From positions 64,001-128,000 of IMG/VR virus record IMGVR_UViG_3300027747_002198: a stretch of DNA of 64,000 nt; one strand, given 5' to 3'. The translations under genes were made by a program, and so were the position numbers. This document shows, piece after piece, positions 9,881 through 19,667 of this stretch. The notes beneath the pieces were generated by a model. That model saw only the letters and a list, made by a program, of their open reading frames with translations, had not been told where the DNA came from and searched no databases. This DNA comes from a virus. The number at the start of each line of letters is the position of its first letter. Within the stretch, counting starts at the first letter, position 1.

Positions 9881-11592
9881 TACATTTTCATACTTTACGG
9901 TGGAAAAATATTTTATCCACCGGCAATAGTTTTACCGAAATCAAATTAGATAAATCACCAAATACATTGATAGTTGGCCATAACGGGGCCGGCAAGTCCA
10001 CTATATTGGATGCTTTGTGTTTTGGTTTGTTTGGCAAACCATTTCGTAAAATTAATAAACCCAATTTACTAAACTCAATCAACAACCAAAATGGTGTAGT
10101 TGAGATTGAATTCTCTATTGGCAAAAAAGAATATAAAATCATTCGTGGTATTAAACCTAATGTATTTGAAATTTATCTTAATGGTGTTCTACTAAATCAA
10201 GATGCCGCTTCTAAAGATTATCAAGAGATATTAGAGAAATCAATTCTCAAATTAAACTTTAAATCATTTACTCAAGTTGTTATTCTTGGTTCAGCATCAT
10301 TTGTTCCTTTCATGCAATTATCTCCTGCTGATCGTAGATTGATTATTGAAGATTTACTAGACATTGGTATCTTTTCATCAATGAACGGATTAGTTAAAGA
10401 GAAAGTATCTACAATCAAAGATGCCAACCAAAAAATTAAGTATGAAATGGACTTAACAGCAGAAAAGATTAAACTTCAAAAAGAATCTATTGAAGAACAT
10501 AAGAATCGTAATGATGAAGAAATTACCAAAAAGAAATCTGAAATTGCTACCAGTATAGACCAGAACTTTAAATTACAAAAAGACATTGAGTTGATTCAAA
10601 AACACATTGATGTTCTTCAGAAAAAAATTCAAGATAAACTTTCTGTAGAAAAGAAAAGTAAGAAGTTATTGCAATTAGAATCCAAGATTGAAACCAACAT
10701 TAAGAAAAACGAAAAGGACATTGCTTTCTATGAAGAACACGACAATTGCCCAACCTGTAAACAAATCATTGACGGAGAATTCAAATCAGAACAAGTTGCC
10801 GAAAGAAAATCAAAAGTCAATACTCAACGGGAAGGCCTTACGGAAATCTCCGCGGAGATTACTAAAGCAAACCAGCGAATAGAAGAAATTAATGGAATCA
10901 TCAAACACATCACCAGTCATAACAACGAAATTGTTAAACACACTTCAACCATATCAGCGGTACATGCTTTCATTAATAAACTCCAAAGAGAAGTTGAAGC
11001 TTTGTCTGCCCACAAGGACACACTTGAGGAAGACAATGCTAAACTCCGAGAACTTAGAGAAGAACTTGGAACTTTGGTTAAAAAACAAGAAGAACTAGCA
11101 ACAGAAAAACAATACTACGATTACGCATCTACATTATTAAAAGATACTGGCATTAAAACAAGAATCATAAAACAATACTTGCCTATCATGAATAAGTTGA
11201 TTAATAAGTATTTGACTGCCATGGATTTCTTTGTAAACTTCAATATCAATGAATCGTTTGAGGAAACTATTAAATCTAGGCACCGTGATGAGTTTTCGTA
11301 TGCCAATTTCTCCGAAGGTGAGAAGATGCGTATTGATTTGGCATTGTTATTCACATGGCGTCAGATTGCTAAATTAAAGAATAGTACCAATACCAATCTA
11401 TTAATCCTCGATGAAGTATTTGATTCTAGTTTAGATACAGTTGGTACTGATGAGTTTTTGAAATTGATCTATGAAATGGGTAAAGAAACCAATGTGTTTG
11501 TGATCTCACACAAAGGTGATGTATTATATGATAAATTCCGGAGCATGATCCGGTTTGAAAAGAAAAATAATTTTAGTCAGGTGGCAAAATGA
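9877..11592 (+). CDS. gp46: recombination ATPase subunit (Rad50/SbcC-like)
   Basis: GHNGAGKS, CPTC zinc hook, FSEGEKMRID, LILDEVFDSSLD. Confidence 0.97.
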   Translation: MIHFHTLRWKNILSTGNSFTEIKLDKSPNTLIVGHNGAGKSTILDALCFGLFGKPFRKINKPNLLNSINNQNGVVEIEFSIGKKEYKIIRGIKPNVFEIYLNGVLLNQDAASKDYQEILEKSILKLNFKSFTQVVILGSASFVPFMQLSPADRRLIIEDLLDIGIFSSMNGLVKEKVSTIKDANQKIKYEMDLTAEKIKLQKESIEEHKNRNDEEITKKKSEIATSIDQNFKLQKDIELIQKHIDVLQKKIQDKLSVEKKSKKLLQLESKIETNIKKNEKDIAFYEEHDNCPTCKQIIDGEFKSEQVAERKSKVNTQREGLTEISAEITKANQRIEEINGIIKHITSHNNEIVKHTSTISAVHAFINKLQREVEALSAHKDTLEEDNAKLRELREELGTLVKKQEELATEKQYYDYASTLLKDTGIKTRIIKQYLPIMNKLINKYLTAMDFFVNFNINESFEETIKSRHRDEFSYANFSEGEKMRIDLALLFTWRQIAKLKNSTNTNLLILDEVFDSSLDTVGTDEFLKLIYEMGKETNVFVISHKGDVLYDKFRSMIRFEKKNNFSQVAK

Positions 11593-12140
11593 GTGTATTG
11601 AATGAATATACAAAAGAAAAACATCGTGAAGTAGAATCACATCCATTTGTGCAACATCTATTGACTGGAGAAATTACTCCAGAACATTATGCTTTATTTC
11701 TACAACAGATGTCTATTGTATATTCAAATATTGAATATTTTGCTGAAATATCGCTTTTGTTACAAGATTTGCCTGGTATTAAAAGATCAGATAATATTTC
11801 TGCTGATATAATGGAATTAAATTATAGCGTTGAAAATTCAAAATTTGGATTGCCGGCCACAGAAAAATATAGACAACACATTGTTGATTTATATTATGGT
11901 AATAAAAAGTCATTAATACTTGCTCATGTGTATGTGCGTCACATGGGAGATTTATATGGCGGTAAAGTAATTGCCAAACGAGTTCCTGGTTCAGGTAAAA
12001 TGTACCAGTTTGAAGATAGACCAGGTTTAATCAAAGCATTAAATGCAAAATTATCTATCGATATTGTTGATGAGGCGTTATTAGGATTTGATTTGTCGGC
12101 AGCAATATTTGATGAAATATGGGAGAAAATAAATGAGTGA
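11589..12140 (+). CDS. heme oxygenase
   Basis: TKEKHREVE (proximal His helix) and AHVYVRHMGDLYGG distal helix. Confidence 0.85.
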   Translation: MSVLNEYTKEKHREVESHPFVQHLLTGEITPEHYALFLQQMSIVYSNIEYFAEISLLLQDLPGIKRSDNISADIMELNYSVENSKFGLPATEKYRQHIVDLYYGNKKSLILAHVYVRHMGDLYGGKVIAKRVPGSGKMYQFEDRPGLIKALNAKLSIDIVDEALLGFDLSAAIFDEIWEKINE

Positions 12141-12747
12141 TGTGTTTAAATTTAATACGGAAGATTCTTTAAAAATAGAAACGGCACCGGCACCAAAAGT
12201 CACGGTTCCTATTTTTAATTTGGTATCAGAAAATGATCCAATCTTAAAAGAAGTGATGCCTGAATTTGATTTTGAGAATCCACCAACCGATCCAAATCAA
12301 TTAGCATCTTCATTGGTTGAAACTTGCATTAAACACAATGGTTATGGTTTATCGGCAAATCAATGTGGTTTAAAATATAGAGTATTTGTAATGGGCGCCG
12401 TCAATGATTATGTGGCATTTTTTAATCCAAAGGTTGTGGCAATGTATGATGAAACGCATATGGTGGAAGGTTGTCTTTCTTTCCCAATGTTGGCATTAGG
12501 TATTACTAGACCGGCAGCTATTGATGTTGAATACCAAGATTATACTGGTGCCTTTAAATCGGCACATTATAGTGGCATAAGTGCAAGGTGTTTCTTGCAT
12601 GAATTGGATCATATGAATGGAATAGTGTATACTAGTCGTGCTAAGCCAATGGCATTACAATCCGGCATGAAGAAACGTGGCAAAATTAATAAATTAATTC
12701 AAAAATCACACAAAAGTATTAATAAACTTGAGGCAATATTAAAATAA
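12133..12747 (+). CDS. def: peptide deformylase
   Basis: GYGLSANQ, EGCLS, HELDH motifs. Confidence 0.93.
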   Translation: MSDVFKFNTEDSLKIETAPAPKVTVPIFNLVSENDPILKEVMPEFDFENPPTDPNQLASSLVETCIKHNGYGLSANQCGLKYRVFVMGAVNDYVAFFNPKVVAMYDETHMVEGCLSFPMLALGITRPAAIDVEYQDYTGAFKSAHYSGISARCFLHELDHMNGIVYTSRAKPMALQSGMKKRGKINKLIQKSHKSINKLEAILK

Positions 12748-14072
12748 TGGCTACACCAATTGAATATGTAGAAGAACAATGGCAAAAATGGCAGGAAAAT
12801 AATCCTGTCGATAAGTTTGAACACATCGATGAAGAATCAATGAAAGAAATCCTAATTAAGGATTTGACATACGCTTCTCAAATGGATGTTCGTGAATATA
12901 CCTTATATCAAAAATGGTGTGAGATAAAAGAAAAATATCCTTGTATTGAAAAACAAACACTTTTTGGTATTGAGTATGAACCCAATCAGGAAGATAAAAA
13001 ACGCATTGAAAAAATTAAAAATAACATTTGGATTCCAAAAAGTCCTGATGACTATTTAAATCTTAAACCAACATTAGTTTATACTGACGATTCTAAAATA
13101 GAAAAAGAAGTTAATGCTTTAGGATATGAAATTGAAAACAAAACTAAAAGAAGTGACTTGGCTGAAGAATGGAACACTATTCGTGATTTTATTTCCACAA
13201 TGAAAAACAACTCAAACATCGGCCGTAATTTAAATTTTATTGTTAAAGATGAAGTTACCGGTAAGTATCTTGGTGTAATTTGTATTAGCTCCGATTTTTT
13301 AGATTTAACTCCTAGAGATAAAACAATTGGTTGGTCCCGTGACGTTAAAACACAACAAGGCATGATTAACCATACGGCAATTGGTTCGACCATTGTTCCG
13401 TTTCAACCACTAGGATTTAATTACATGGGTGGCAAACTGTTGGCCCTATTGTGTTTATCTGATGATATTCAAAAATTATGGAAAGAAAAATATGATGATG
13501 TTCTTGTTGGTGTAACGACTACAAGTTTATATGGCAATACTAAATCCAACGGACTTAGCCAATATGATAACCTTGAACATTGGAACAAAATGGGATTCTC
13601 CTCAGGTTCAGTTGCATTTGAACCATCAAGATCAACCAAAAGATTAGTGTTTGATTGGATAAAAGAAAACCACACTCGTAAATATTTTGAATGGTGGGAC
13701 GCAAAAAACAAACAAGGCCTTCCACTTAAACGTGACCACAAAAATCGTTCTTTGAATTTTGCCTATTCTAAACTTGCAATACCTAAAGATAAAATTCGTA
13801 CCGAACATCAACGTGGCATTTATTTCTCTCCTTTGTATAATAATACAAATGAATTTCTCTGTAAACAGATTACAGAAGATAAACTGGTAAAATCATTTGA
13901 TACCAGTAATGAAGCATTATCCAATATATGGAAAGAAAAATATGCCAAAGGCCGTATTCGGCAATTACAAAAAAAGAATACGGTATCCTACGAAACTCTT
14001 TTCTATGACGATTTGATCTATCTGTCATGGGAAGATACCAAAGCGAAATATTTACCACAAGTTGGTCGATAA
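12747..14072 (+). CDS. DUF4338/DruA-like protein (paralogue 1)
   Basis: IVPFQPLGFNYMGGKLLA and TTTSLYG motifs shared with 31815..32924. Confidence 0.6.
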   Translation: MATPIEYVEEQWQKWQENNPVDKFEHIDEESMKEILIKDLTYASQMDVREYTLYQKWCEIKEKYPCIEKQTLFGIEYEPNQEDKKRIEKIKNNIWIPKSPDDYLNLKPTLVYTDDSKIEKEVNALGYEIENKTKRSDLAEEWNTIRDFISTMKNNSNIGRNLNFIVKDEVTGKYLGVICISSDFLDLTPRDKTIGWSRDVKTQQGMINHTAIGSTIVPFQPLGFNYMGGKLLALLCLSDDIQKLWKEKYDDVLVGVTTTSLYGNTKSNGLSQYDNLEHWNKMGFSSGSVAFEPSRSTKRLVFDWIKENHTRKYFEWWDAKNKQGLPLKRDHKNRSLNFAYSKLAIPKDKIRTEHQRGIYFSPLYNNTNEFLCKQITEDKLVKSFDTSNEALSNIWKEKYAKGRIRQLQKKNTVSYETLFYDDLIYLSWEDTKAKYLPQVGR

Positions 14073-14076
14073 ACGC

Positions 14077-14106
14077 TTGACAATACACATATATAAATGA
14101 TATACT
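14077..14106 (+). promoter_or_regulatory. sigma70-type early promoter
   Basis: TTGACA-18-TATACT. Confidence 0.75.
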
Positions 14107-14157
14107 GTGTGAACTTGCTAAAGCAAGGATTTTTTAACTTTACTATGGAGTATTACT

Positions 14158-14427
14158 ATGAGCAAGAATTTATCTGCTAAAGAAAAGATGTTGGCTGCTT
14201 TACAAAAGCAAGAAGGTTACAACACTTTTACTGTCAAACAAGCACAACGCCGTTTCGGCATTACCAATGTTACAGCACGCATTGACGAACTCCGTCAAGA
14301 AGGTCATGTAATTTACACCAACAAGAAAATTGTTGATGGTAAGAAAGTTGCTTTCTACCGTATGGGTAAGCCAACCAAAGCTTTGGTTAAGGCAGCACTC
14401 AAGTCTGGTTATTCACTAGCTGCTTAA
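14158..14427 (+). CDS. small winged-helix DNA-binding protein
   Basis: TVKQAQRRFGITNVTARIDELRQEGHVI HTH-like pattern; own promoter and terminator. Confidence 0.65.
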   Translation: MSKNLSAKEKMLAALQKQEGYNTFTVKQAQRRFGITNVTARIDELRQEGHVIYTNKKIVDGKKVAFYRMGKPTKALVKAALKSGYSLAA

Positions 14428-14432
14428 GTTGT

Positions 14433-14458
14433 AAGAGGGGATAATACCCCTCTTTTTT
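14433..14458 (+). terminator. intrinsic terminator
   Basis: AAGAGGGG-ATAATA-CCCCTCTT followed by TTTT. Confidence 0.85.
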
Positions 14459-14476
14459 ATTATTTTTGGAGAACAA

Positions 14477-15295
14477 ATGGAAATTTCAATTAAAAAAGAA
14501 GAACTACAAAAGAAAAGTTTGTTTGTAGCTACACCAATGTATGGTGGCATGAATCATGGACTATACATGAAAGCATGTTTAGATTTACAAGGCCTTTGCA
14601 TGCAGTATGGTATTCAGGTGAAATTTTCATTTCTTTTCAACGAATCATTAATCACTCGTGCTCGTAATTATTTGGTTGATGAGTTTATTCACCGTTCAGA
14701 TTGTACTCACCTATTGTTTATCGATTCTGATATTCATTTTAACCCACAAGATGTGGTTGCTTGTTTAGCATTAGACAAAGATGTTATTGGTGGTCCTTAT
14801 CCTAAGAAGGCAATCAAATGGCGTTCAGTAAAACGTGCCGTTGAAAAGAATCCTGATATTGATCCAGGTATGTTGGAAAAAGTTACTGGTGATTATGTTT
14901 TCAATCCAGTTAAAGGCACCGCACAATTCTCAGTAACAGAACCACTTGATGTATTAGAAATTGGTACTGGTTTCATGATGGTCAAACGTGAAGTATTTGC
15001 AAAGATGGAAGAAGCATATCCTTCTATTCGTTATAAACCAGACCATGTAGGTCAAGCACACTTTGACGGTTCTCGTTATATCCACGCTTTCTTTGATACA
15101 GTTATTGATACAAAAGAATCGATTACTGGTGGCGGCTCGGATCGTTACCTATCAGAAGATTATATGTTCTGTCAGATGTGGCGTAAAATCGGTGGTCAAA
15201 TCTTCTTGTGTCCTTGGATGAAAACATCACACATTGGTACATATCACTTCCAAGGAGATATGCCAGCTGTGGCTAATTTTGTTGGAGAAATGTAA
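14477..15295 (+). CDS. GT-A-fold glycosyltransferase-like protein
   Basis: FVATPMYGG, NESLITRARN, LLFIDSDI (DxD), GTGFM, LSEDYMFC. Confidence 0.7.
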   Translation: MEISIKKEELQKKSLFVATPMYGGMNHGLYMKACLDLQGLCMQYGIQVKFSFLFNESLITRARNYLVDEFIHRSDCTHLLFIDSDIHFNPQDVVACLALDKDVIGGPYPKKAIKWRSVKRAVEKNPDIDPGMLEKVTGDYVFNPVKGTAQFSVTEPLDVLEIGTGFMMVKREVFAKMEEAYPSIRYKPDHVGQAHFDGSRYIHAFFDTVIDTKESITGGGSDRYLSEDYMFCQMWRKIGGQIFLCPWMKTSHIGTYHFQGDMPAVANFVGEM

Positions 15296-15783
15296 TGTCG
15301 TATCAAGATATTAAACCTGGTGATGTTTTTAAAAAAGTAGAACCTAATCACAAGTATAATTATTTTAGTGATGATACGGCTCTATTAGTTAAAGAAGCTC
15401 CTTATCATCCAGGTTATGAAAGTGCATCTTCACAAGATATAATTAAATCATCACAAACTGCCACAACAGGCGGCCGTAAATTTGATGGAGGCAAGTTACA
15501 ATATGGTTTGCTTCCACCAAACGCATTAAAGGCAACAGTAGAGATTTTAACTTTTGGTGCAGAGAAGTATGAGCCAGATAATTGGAAATGGGTACCCGAT
15601 TCTAAGCGTAGATATTTTGATGCCATGCAACGGCATATGTGGGCTTGGAAATCTGGTGAACAAAATGACCAAGAAACTGGTAAGAATCACTTAGCACACG
15701 CAATGTGCTGCTTGATGTTTTTGTATGAACATGATACAATTGATTTTTTAAATAATGGAGAAGCAAATGAAGTTGTCAAATGA
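15295..15783 (+). CDS. DUF5664-like dATP/dGTP diphosphohydrolase domain protein
   Basis: GRKFDGGKLQYGLLP, GAEKYEPDNW, DQETGKNHLAHAMCCLMFL. Confidence 0.8.
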   Translation: MSYQDIKPGDVFKKVEPNHKYNYFSDDTALLVKEAPYHPGYESASSQDIIKSSQTATTGGRKFDGGKLQYGLLPPNALKATVEILTFGAEKYEPDNWKWVPDSKRRYFDAMQRHMWAWKSGEQNDQETGKNHLAHAMCCLMFLYEHDTIDFLNNGEANEVVK

Positions 15784-16447
15784 AACACTATCCGTATTAC
15801 AAAACTTTGCCAAATTAAATTCAGGTATTGAATTTAAACAAGGTAGTAATATTAAAACTATCTCAACTGGTAAAACAGTTCTTGCCAAGGCAACACTAAA
15901 AGATTCTTTTCCACAAGACTTTTGTGTATATGATTTGAATCAATTTTTGGTTGTTTATAATCTTAGCAAAGATACTGAAATTGATTTTGATGATAAGAAT
16001 GTTATTTTCAAATCAGGAAAAGATGGTCGTAGTAAAACCAAATATCGTAAATCACAACGTGATGTTATTGTTGTTCCACCAGAAAAAGAATTAACTTTAC
16101 CTTCTGTTGATGTGGCCTTTACCTTATCACAAGAAGATTACGAAAGTATCTTAAAAACGGCAAGTACATTACAATCACCACACATTGTAGTTGAATCTGA
16201 TGGCGACAAAGTTTATTTGTCTGCTGGTGATGCCACAAATGATGCCGCTCACGTTAGTTCCATTGAAGTTGCTGAAGGTAATGGTAAGAAGTATAAGATG
16301 GTTTTTATTACAGAAAATTTACGAATGATTACAGGCAGTTATGATGTAGAAATTTCGTTTAAGGGTCTTGCTTATTTTAAAAATAAGAATCAAGATATTC
16401 AATATTGGGTTGCAACAGAATCCAAATACTCAAAATCAGGAGAATAA
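15767..16447 (+). CDS. gp45: sliding clamp
   Basis: MKLSNETLSVLQNFA, F(C)VYDLNQFL; upstream of gp44/62. Confidence 0.93.
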   Translation: MKLSNETLSVLQNFAKLNSGIEFKQGSNIKTISTGKTVLAKATLKDSFPQDFCVYDLNQFLVVYNLSKDTEIDFDDKNVIFKSGKDGRSKTKYRKSQRDVIVVPPEKELTLPSVDVAFTLSQEDYESILKTASTLQSPHIVVESDGDKVYLSAGDATNDAAHVSSIEVAEGNGKKYKMVFITENLRMITGSYDVEISFKGLAYFKNKNQDIQYWVATESKYSKSGE

Positions 16448-16448
16448 G

Positions 16449-16640
16449 ATGTTAGTATATTTTACAGACGCAGTTACAGAACAACAGATTGCAGTTAATC
16501 CAACCTATGTTACAGCAGTTTTTGTTGCTACTGAGGGTGAGATGAAAGGTAAAACGGTTATTGGTTTAATCAATGGGTCAGTTGTAGTTAAAGAAAGTCA
16601 AATTGATGTAGTTGGTGTAATTCAAGGTCAATTAAAATAA
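16449..16640 (+). CDS. hypothetical protein
   Basis: GGAG RBS, 63-aa ORF tightly packed in the operon. Confidence 0.6.
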   Translation: MLVYFTDAVTEQQIAVNPTYVTAVFVATEGEMKGKTVIGLINGSVVVKESQIDVVGVIQGQLK

Positions 16641-16918
16641 TGAGTTTAACTATTCAGACCATTTATGGCACCCTTGATGAGAAAAAACTCAAGGAACTCA
16701 AAGGTGCTATTGAAGAAGTAAATAATTATATGAATGAGATTGAGCATCGCCAAAAACTCATTAAAGAAATTATTGAACTTGCCGCAGATAATTCTAGTAT
16801 TCCCAAAAAGATTGTTAGTCGCATGGCTAAAGTTTATCACAAACAATCCTTTCAAGAAGAAGTTGCGGCACACAAAGAATTTGAATCTTTGTTTGAAGGT
16901 ATTACAGAAGTAAAATAA
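16640..16918 (+). CDS. dsbA: dsDNA-binding protein (T4 DsbA-like)
   Basis: LIKEIIE...IPKKIVSRMAKVYHKQSFQEE pattern. Confidence 0.7.
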   Translation: MSLTIQTIYGTLDEKKLKELKGAIEEVNNYMNEIEHRQKLIKEIIELAADNSSIPKKIVSRMAKVYHKQSFQEEVAAHKEFESLFEGITEVK

Positions 16919-16945
16919 TGTTGTTTTATATTATGGGAGTTGTGA

Positions 16946-17878
16946 ATGAATCATATGCTATGGGTCGAAAAATATCGACCAGCCAAAGTGGAAGATTGCA
17001 TCTTACCGGATGCAATCAAATCCACATTTCAAGAGTATGTCAATAGAAAAGAAATACCGAATTTATTATTATCTGGTACTGCCGGCGTTGGCAAAACTAC
17101 AATCGCAAAAGCTCTCTGTGAGGAAGTTGGTTGCGACTATATTGTTATCAATGGTTCTGATGAGTCTGGTATTGATGTTCTTCGTAATAAAATCAAAAAC
17201 TACGCTTCAGCGGTTTCTCTCATGGGCGGCCGCAAGGTCATCATCATAGATGAAGCAGATTATCTAAATCCTAATTCGACACAACCAGCATTGCGTGGTG
17301 CAATTGAGGAGTTTTCTGGTAACTGTTCTTTCATCTTCACTTGTAACTTCAAAAATCGTATCATCGATCCAATCCATTCTCGGTGTTCTGTCATTGACTT
17401 TAAAATCAATGGTAGTAAACCAAAGATGGCTGCACAATTTTTTAAACGTGTGGAATGGATACTTGAACAAGAGAAAATAACCTATGATAAATCTGTCGTT
17501 GCCGCAGTCATTACGAAACACTTTCCGGACAATCGCCGTGTTCTTAATGAACTTCAGCGATATTCTGTTTCAGGTACAATTGATAAAGGTATACTTTCTA
17601 ATGTTGCTGATATACAACTTGATGATTTATTTAAAGCCTTAAAATCAAAAGATTTTGCATCTACTCGTAAATGGGTAACCTCTAATCTCGATAACGATCC
17701 TGTTAAAATCTATCGTAAACTTTATGATGGTTTGTATGATGTATTGACACCAAATTCTGTACCACAATTGGTTCTTATTTTGGCCAAATATCAATATCAA
17801 GCTGCTTTTGTGGCAGACCATGAAATTAATATGGTTGCTTGTTTAACTGAAATTATGGTAGACTGCGAGTTTAAGTGA
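16946..17878 (+). CDS. gp44: clamp loader large subunit
   Basis: LWVEKYRP, GTAGVGKTT, IIDEAD, SRC. Confidence 0.97.
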   Translation: MNHMLWVEKYRPAKVEDCILPDAIKSTFQEYVNRKEIPNLLLSGTAGVGKTTIAKALCEEVGCDYIVINGSDESGIDVLRNKIKNYASAVSLMGGRKVIIIDEADYLNPNSTQPALRGAIEEFSGNCSFIFTCNFKNRIIDPIHSRCSVIDFKINGSKPKMAAQFFKRVEWILEQEKITYDKSVVAAVITKHFPDNRRVLNELQRYSVSGTIDKGILSNVADIQLDDLFKALKSKDFASTRKWVTSNLDNDPVKIYRKLYDGLYDVLTPNSVPQLVLILAKYQYQAAFVADHEINMVACLTEIMVDCEFK

Positions 17879-18261
17879 TGCCTGATCTATTCAAAGAGAT
17901 CCTGCCGTCAATCCTTGAAACCAAAAAATCTGTATTCCGTGATGAACTAGATTACAAGGATTACAAGCCTTTTATCGTCAACCGAGCCTTGTCCTATCAC
18001 ATGGATTGTGTTCTTTATGTTAATGAATTGAATAAGAACCCATCCATTGATTCGGACATGCAATATTCGTATCTTCTAAATAGTATTAGACCTATGAAAC
18101 GGAAATTTCAACCGTGGCAGAAATCAGAGGTCGATAAGAACCTAGATTGCGTCAAAGAGTTTTTTGGCTATTCAAACGAGAAAGCCAAAGAAGCACTTCG
18201 TATTCTAAATGATGAACAAATCGCTGAAATAAAAAGAAGAACAGATAAAGGCGGAAGATGA
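17875..18261 (+). CDS. gp62: clamp loader small subunit
   Basis: YKPFIVNRALS, FGYSNEKAKEAL. Confidence 0.92.
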   Translation: MMPDLFKEILPSILETKKSVFRDELDYKDYKPFIVNRALSYHMDCVLYVNELNKNPSIDSDMQYSYLLNSIRPMKRKFQPWQKSEVDKNLDCVKEFFGYSNEKAKEALRILNDEQIAEIKRRTDKGGR

Positions 18262-18665
18262 TTAATATTACAGATTTGGTTGAGGTGACACTAGAACAAC
18301 AGGATGATTTCCTCAAGGTTCGGGAAACTCTTACCCGTATCGGTGTTGCATCCAAAAAAGATAAAACTTTATTTCAATCTTGCCACATTTTACATAAGCA
18401 AGGTCGTTATTATATCGTACACTTTAAAGAGTTATTTGCTTTAGATGGTAAACCTACAGACCTTACCGAAAACGACCTTTCTCGTAGAAATGCCATTGCT
18501 AATCTTTTGCAAGATTGGGGTTTGGTAAAATTGGTTAATCCCCACTCCACCAAAATACCAGAACCTATTTTCTTATCTCAAGTTAAGATACTATCCCACA
18601 AAGAAAAACACGATTGGCAATTAGTACCAAAATATAACATTGGTAATAAAGCAAGAAAAGATTGA
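18258..18665 (+). CDS. regA: translational repressor
   Basis: DDFLKVRETLTRIG, QSCHILHKQGRYYIVHFKELF. Confidence 0.97.
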   Translation: MINITDLVEVTLEQQDDFLKVRETLTRIGVASKKDKTLFQSCHILHKQGRYYIVHFKELFALDGKPTDLTENDLSRRNAIANLLQDWGLVKLVNPHSTKIPEPIFLSQVKILSHKEKHDWQLVPKYNIGNKARKD

Positions 18666-18692
18666 CAACCAGTTAGGTTTATGTTATAAATA
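18662..18692 (+). promoter_or_regulatory. superimposed sigma70 and late promoter
   Basis: TTGACA-17-TATAAA, where the -10 is part of TATAAATA (18685-18692). Confidence 0.7.
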
Positions 18693-18748
18693 TACTTGTG
18701 ATATGCTTTATTATCACATTTTAAACACACACACACAAAGGAAATAAA

Positions 18749-19015
18749 ATGTTAAAAACATCAACAATGCCAGAAGTTAAGTTCAGCAAAAACGGATATG
18801 AAATCCGCACAGAAGTCCTCGATATGGCCAAAGGTCTTATCACCGAAGAATACCACTCCAAGTTTGCCGGTTGGGAAATGAGTGCTAAACGTGATGAAAA
18901 AACTGGTCAAATCGTTACTACAGTTGGTATGCCAACATTCCCAGGTCTTGATGAGGTATTAACTGCCGCAGAAAAGATGTATGCGTTTGTTAATACCGGA
19001 TCTAGTAAGAAATGA
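18749..19015 (+). CDS. hypothetical protein
   Basis: AAGGA RBS; KNGYEIRTEVL...AEKMYAFV. Confidence 0.75.
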   Translation: MLKTSTMPEVKFSKNGYEIRTEVLDMAKGLITEEYHSKFAGWEMSAKRDEKTGQIVTTVGMPTFPGLDEVLTAAEKMYAFVNTGSSKK

Positions 19016-19113
19016 AAACTATCAAAAAATTTATTCTTGCCGTTCTTGAGGTTATCCAAGATGCTAGGCAACTACAAACTGAAGAAATGAAAAAGAGGTA
19101 TTTTCAAAGATGA
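19012..19113 (+). CDS. 33-aa small protein
   Basis: ATGA overlap with previous stop; MKTIKKFILAVLEVIQDARQ... Confidence 0.5.
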   Translation: MKTIKKFILAVLEVIQDARQLQTEEMKKRYFQR

Positions 19114-19175
19114 ACAACTGGTGGCCTGTAACCGATGAAGAATGGGAAGAATTAAACTTCCCAAACGGTAAATAG
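19110..19175 (+). CDS. 21-aa peptide MNNWWPVTDEEWEELNFPNGK
   Basis: ATGA overlap, GAGG upstream, ends just before a terminator. Confidence 0.5.
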   Translation: MNNWWPVTDEEWEELNFPNGK

Positions 19176-19176
19176 T

Positions 19177-19215
19177 AAAAGGGACCTTGACTGGTCCCTT
19201 TCTTTATGTTATAAT
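19177..19215 (+). terminator. terminator hairpin overlapping a consensus sigma70 promoter
   Basis: AAAGGGACC-TTGACT-GGTCCCTTT; loop TTGACT is 17 nt from TATAAT (19210-19215). Confidence 0.75.
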
Positions 19216-19224
19216 GGATATATT

Positions 19225-19461
19225 ATGAAAACTTTGAACAAAACTCGACCTGGATATATTGCTAGTACAACTGGTGGTAAAGCTATTCTCAAAAAGGTTC
19301 GTTCTAAAACGAATTCTGACATTTATTATACCTATTCAAATTGGGCAACTAATGAGATTGACGGTATAACTTTTATCCCTGTAGTAAAATCATTGCCCGA
19401 TCCAAAGAAAAATCAGGTAATTCATTATATGCGTAAAGATAATATGGAGTTTATCAAGTGA
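19225..19461 (+). CDS. hypothetical protein
   Basis: ORF immediately after the promoter. Confidence 0.65.
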   Translation: MKTLNKTRPGYIASTTGGKAILKKVRSKTNSDIYYTYSNWATNEIDGITFIPVVKSLPDPKKNQVIHYMRKDNMEFIK

Positions 19462-19667
19462 ATAAGATTCAAAATTGGAATGTGTATCAACGTAGATTAT
19501 TTGAAGCTGGTAGTAAAGACGATATGAAAATTGCTAGAAAATTTTTTCATAATAATAAATGGGAAAATGGATGTCCATTTTTCCTAGAATGGCCTTATTT
19601 GGACATTCCGTCAATGCTGAAAGATAAAATTACACAATATGCTCTAAAAGGACTATATCATGATTGA
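19458..19667 (+). CDS. hypothetical protein
   Basis: GTGA overlap; CPFFLEWPYLDIPSM. Confidence 0.65.
   Translation: MNKIQNWNVYQRRLFEAGSKDDMKIARKFFHNNKWENGCPFFLEWPYLDIPSMLKDKITQYALKGLYHD

Noticed and set aside
15295-15783. Z-genome (2-aminoadenine) system
   Set aside because: No purZ or datZ visible in the window; DUF5664 alone is insufficient.
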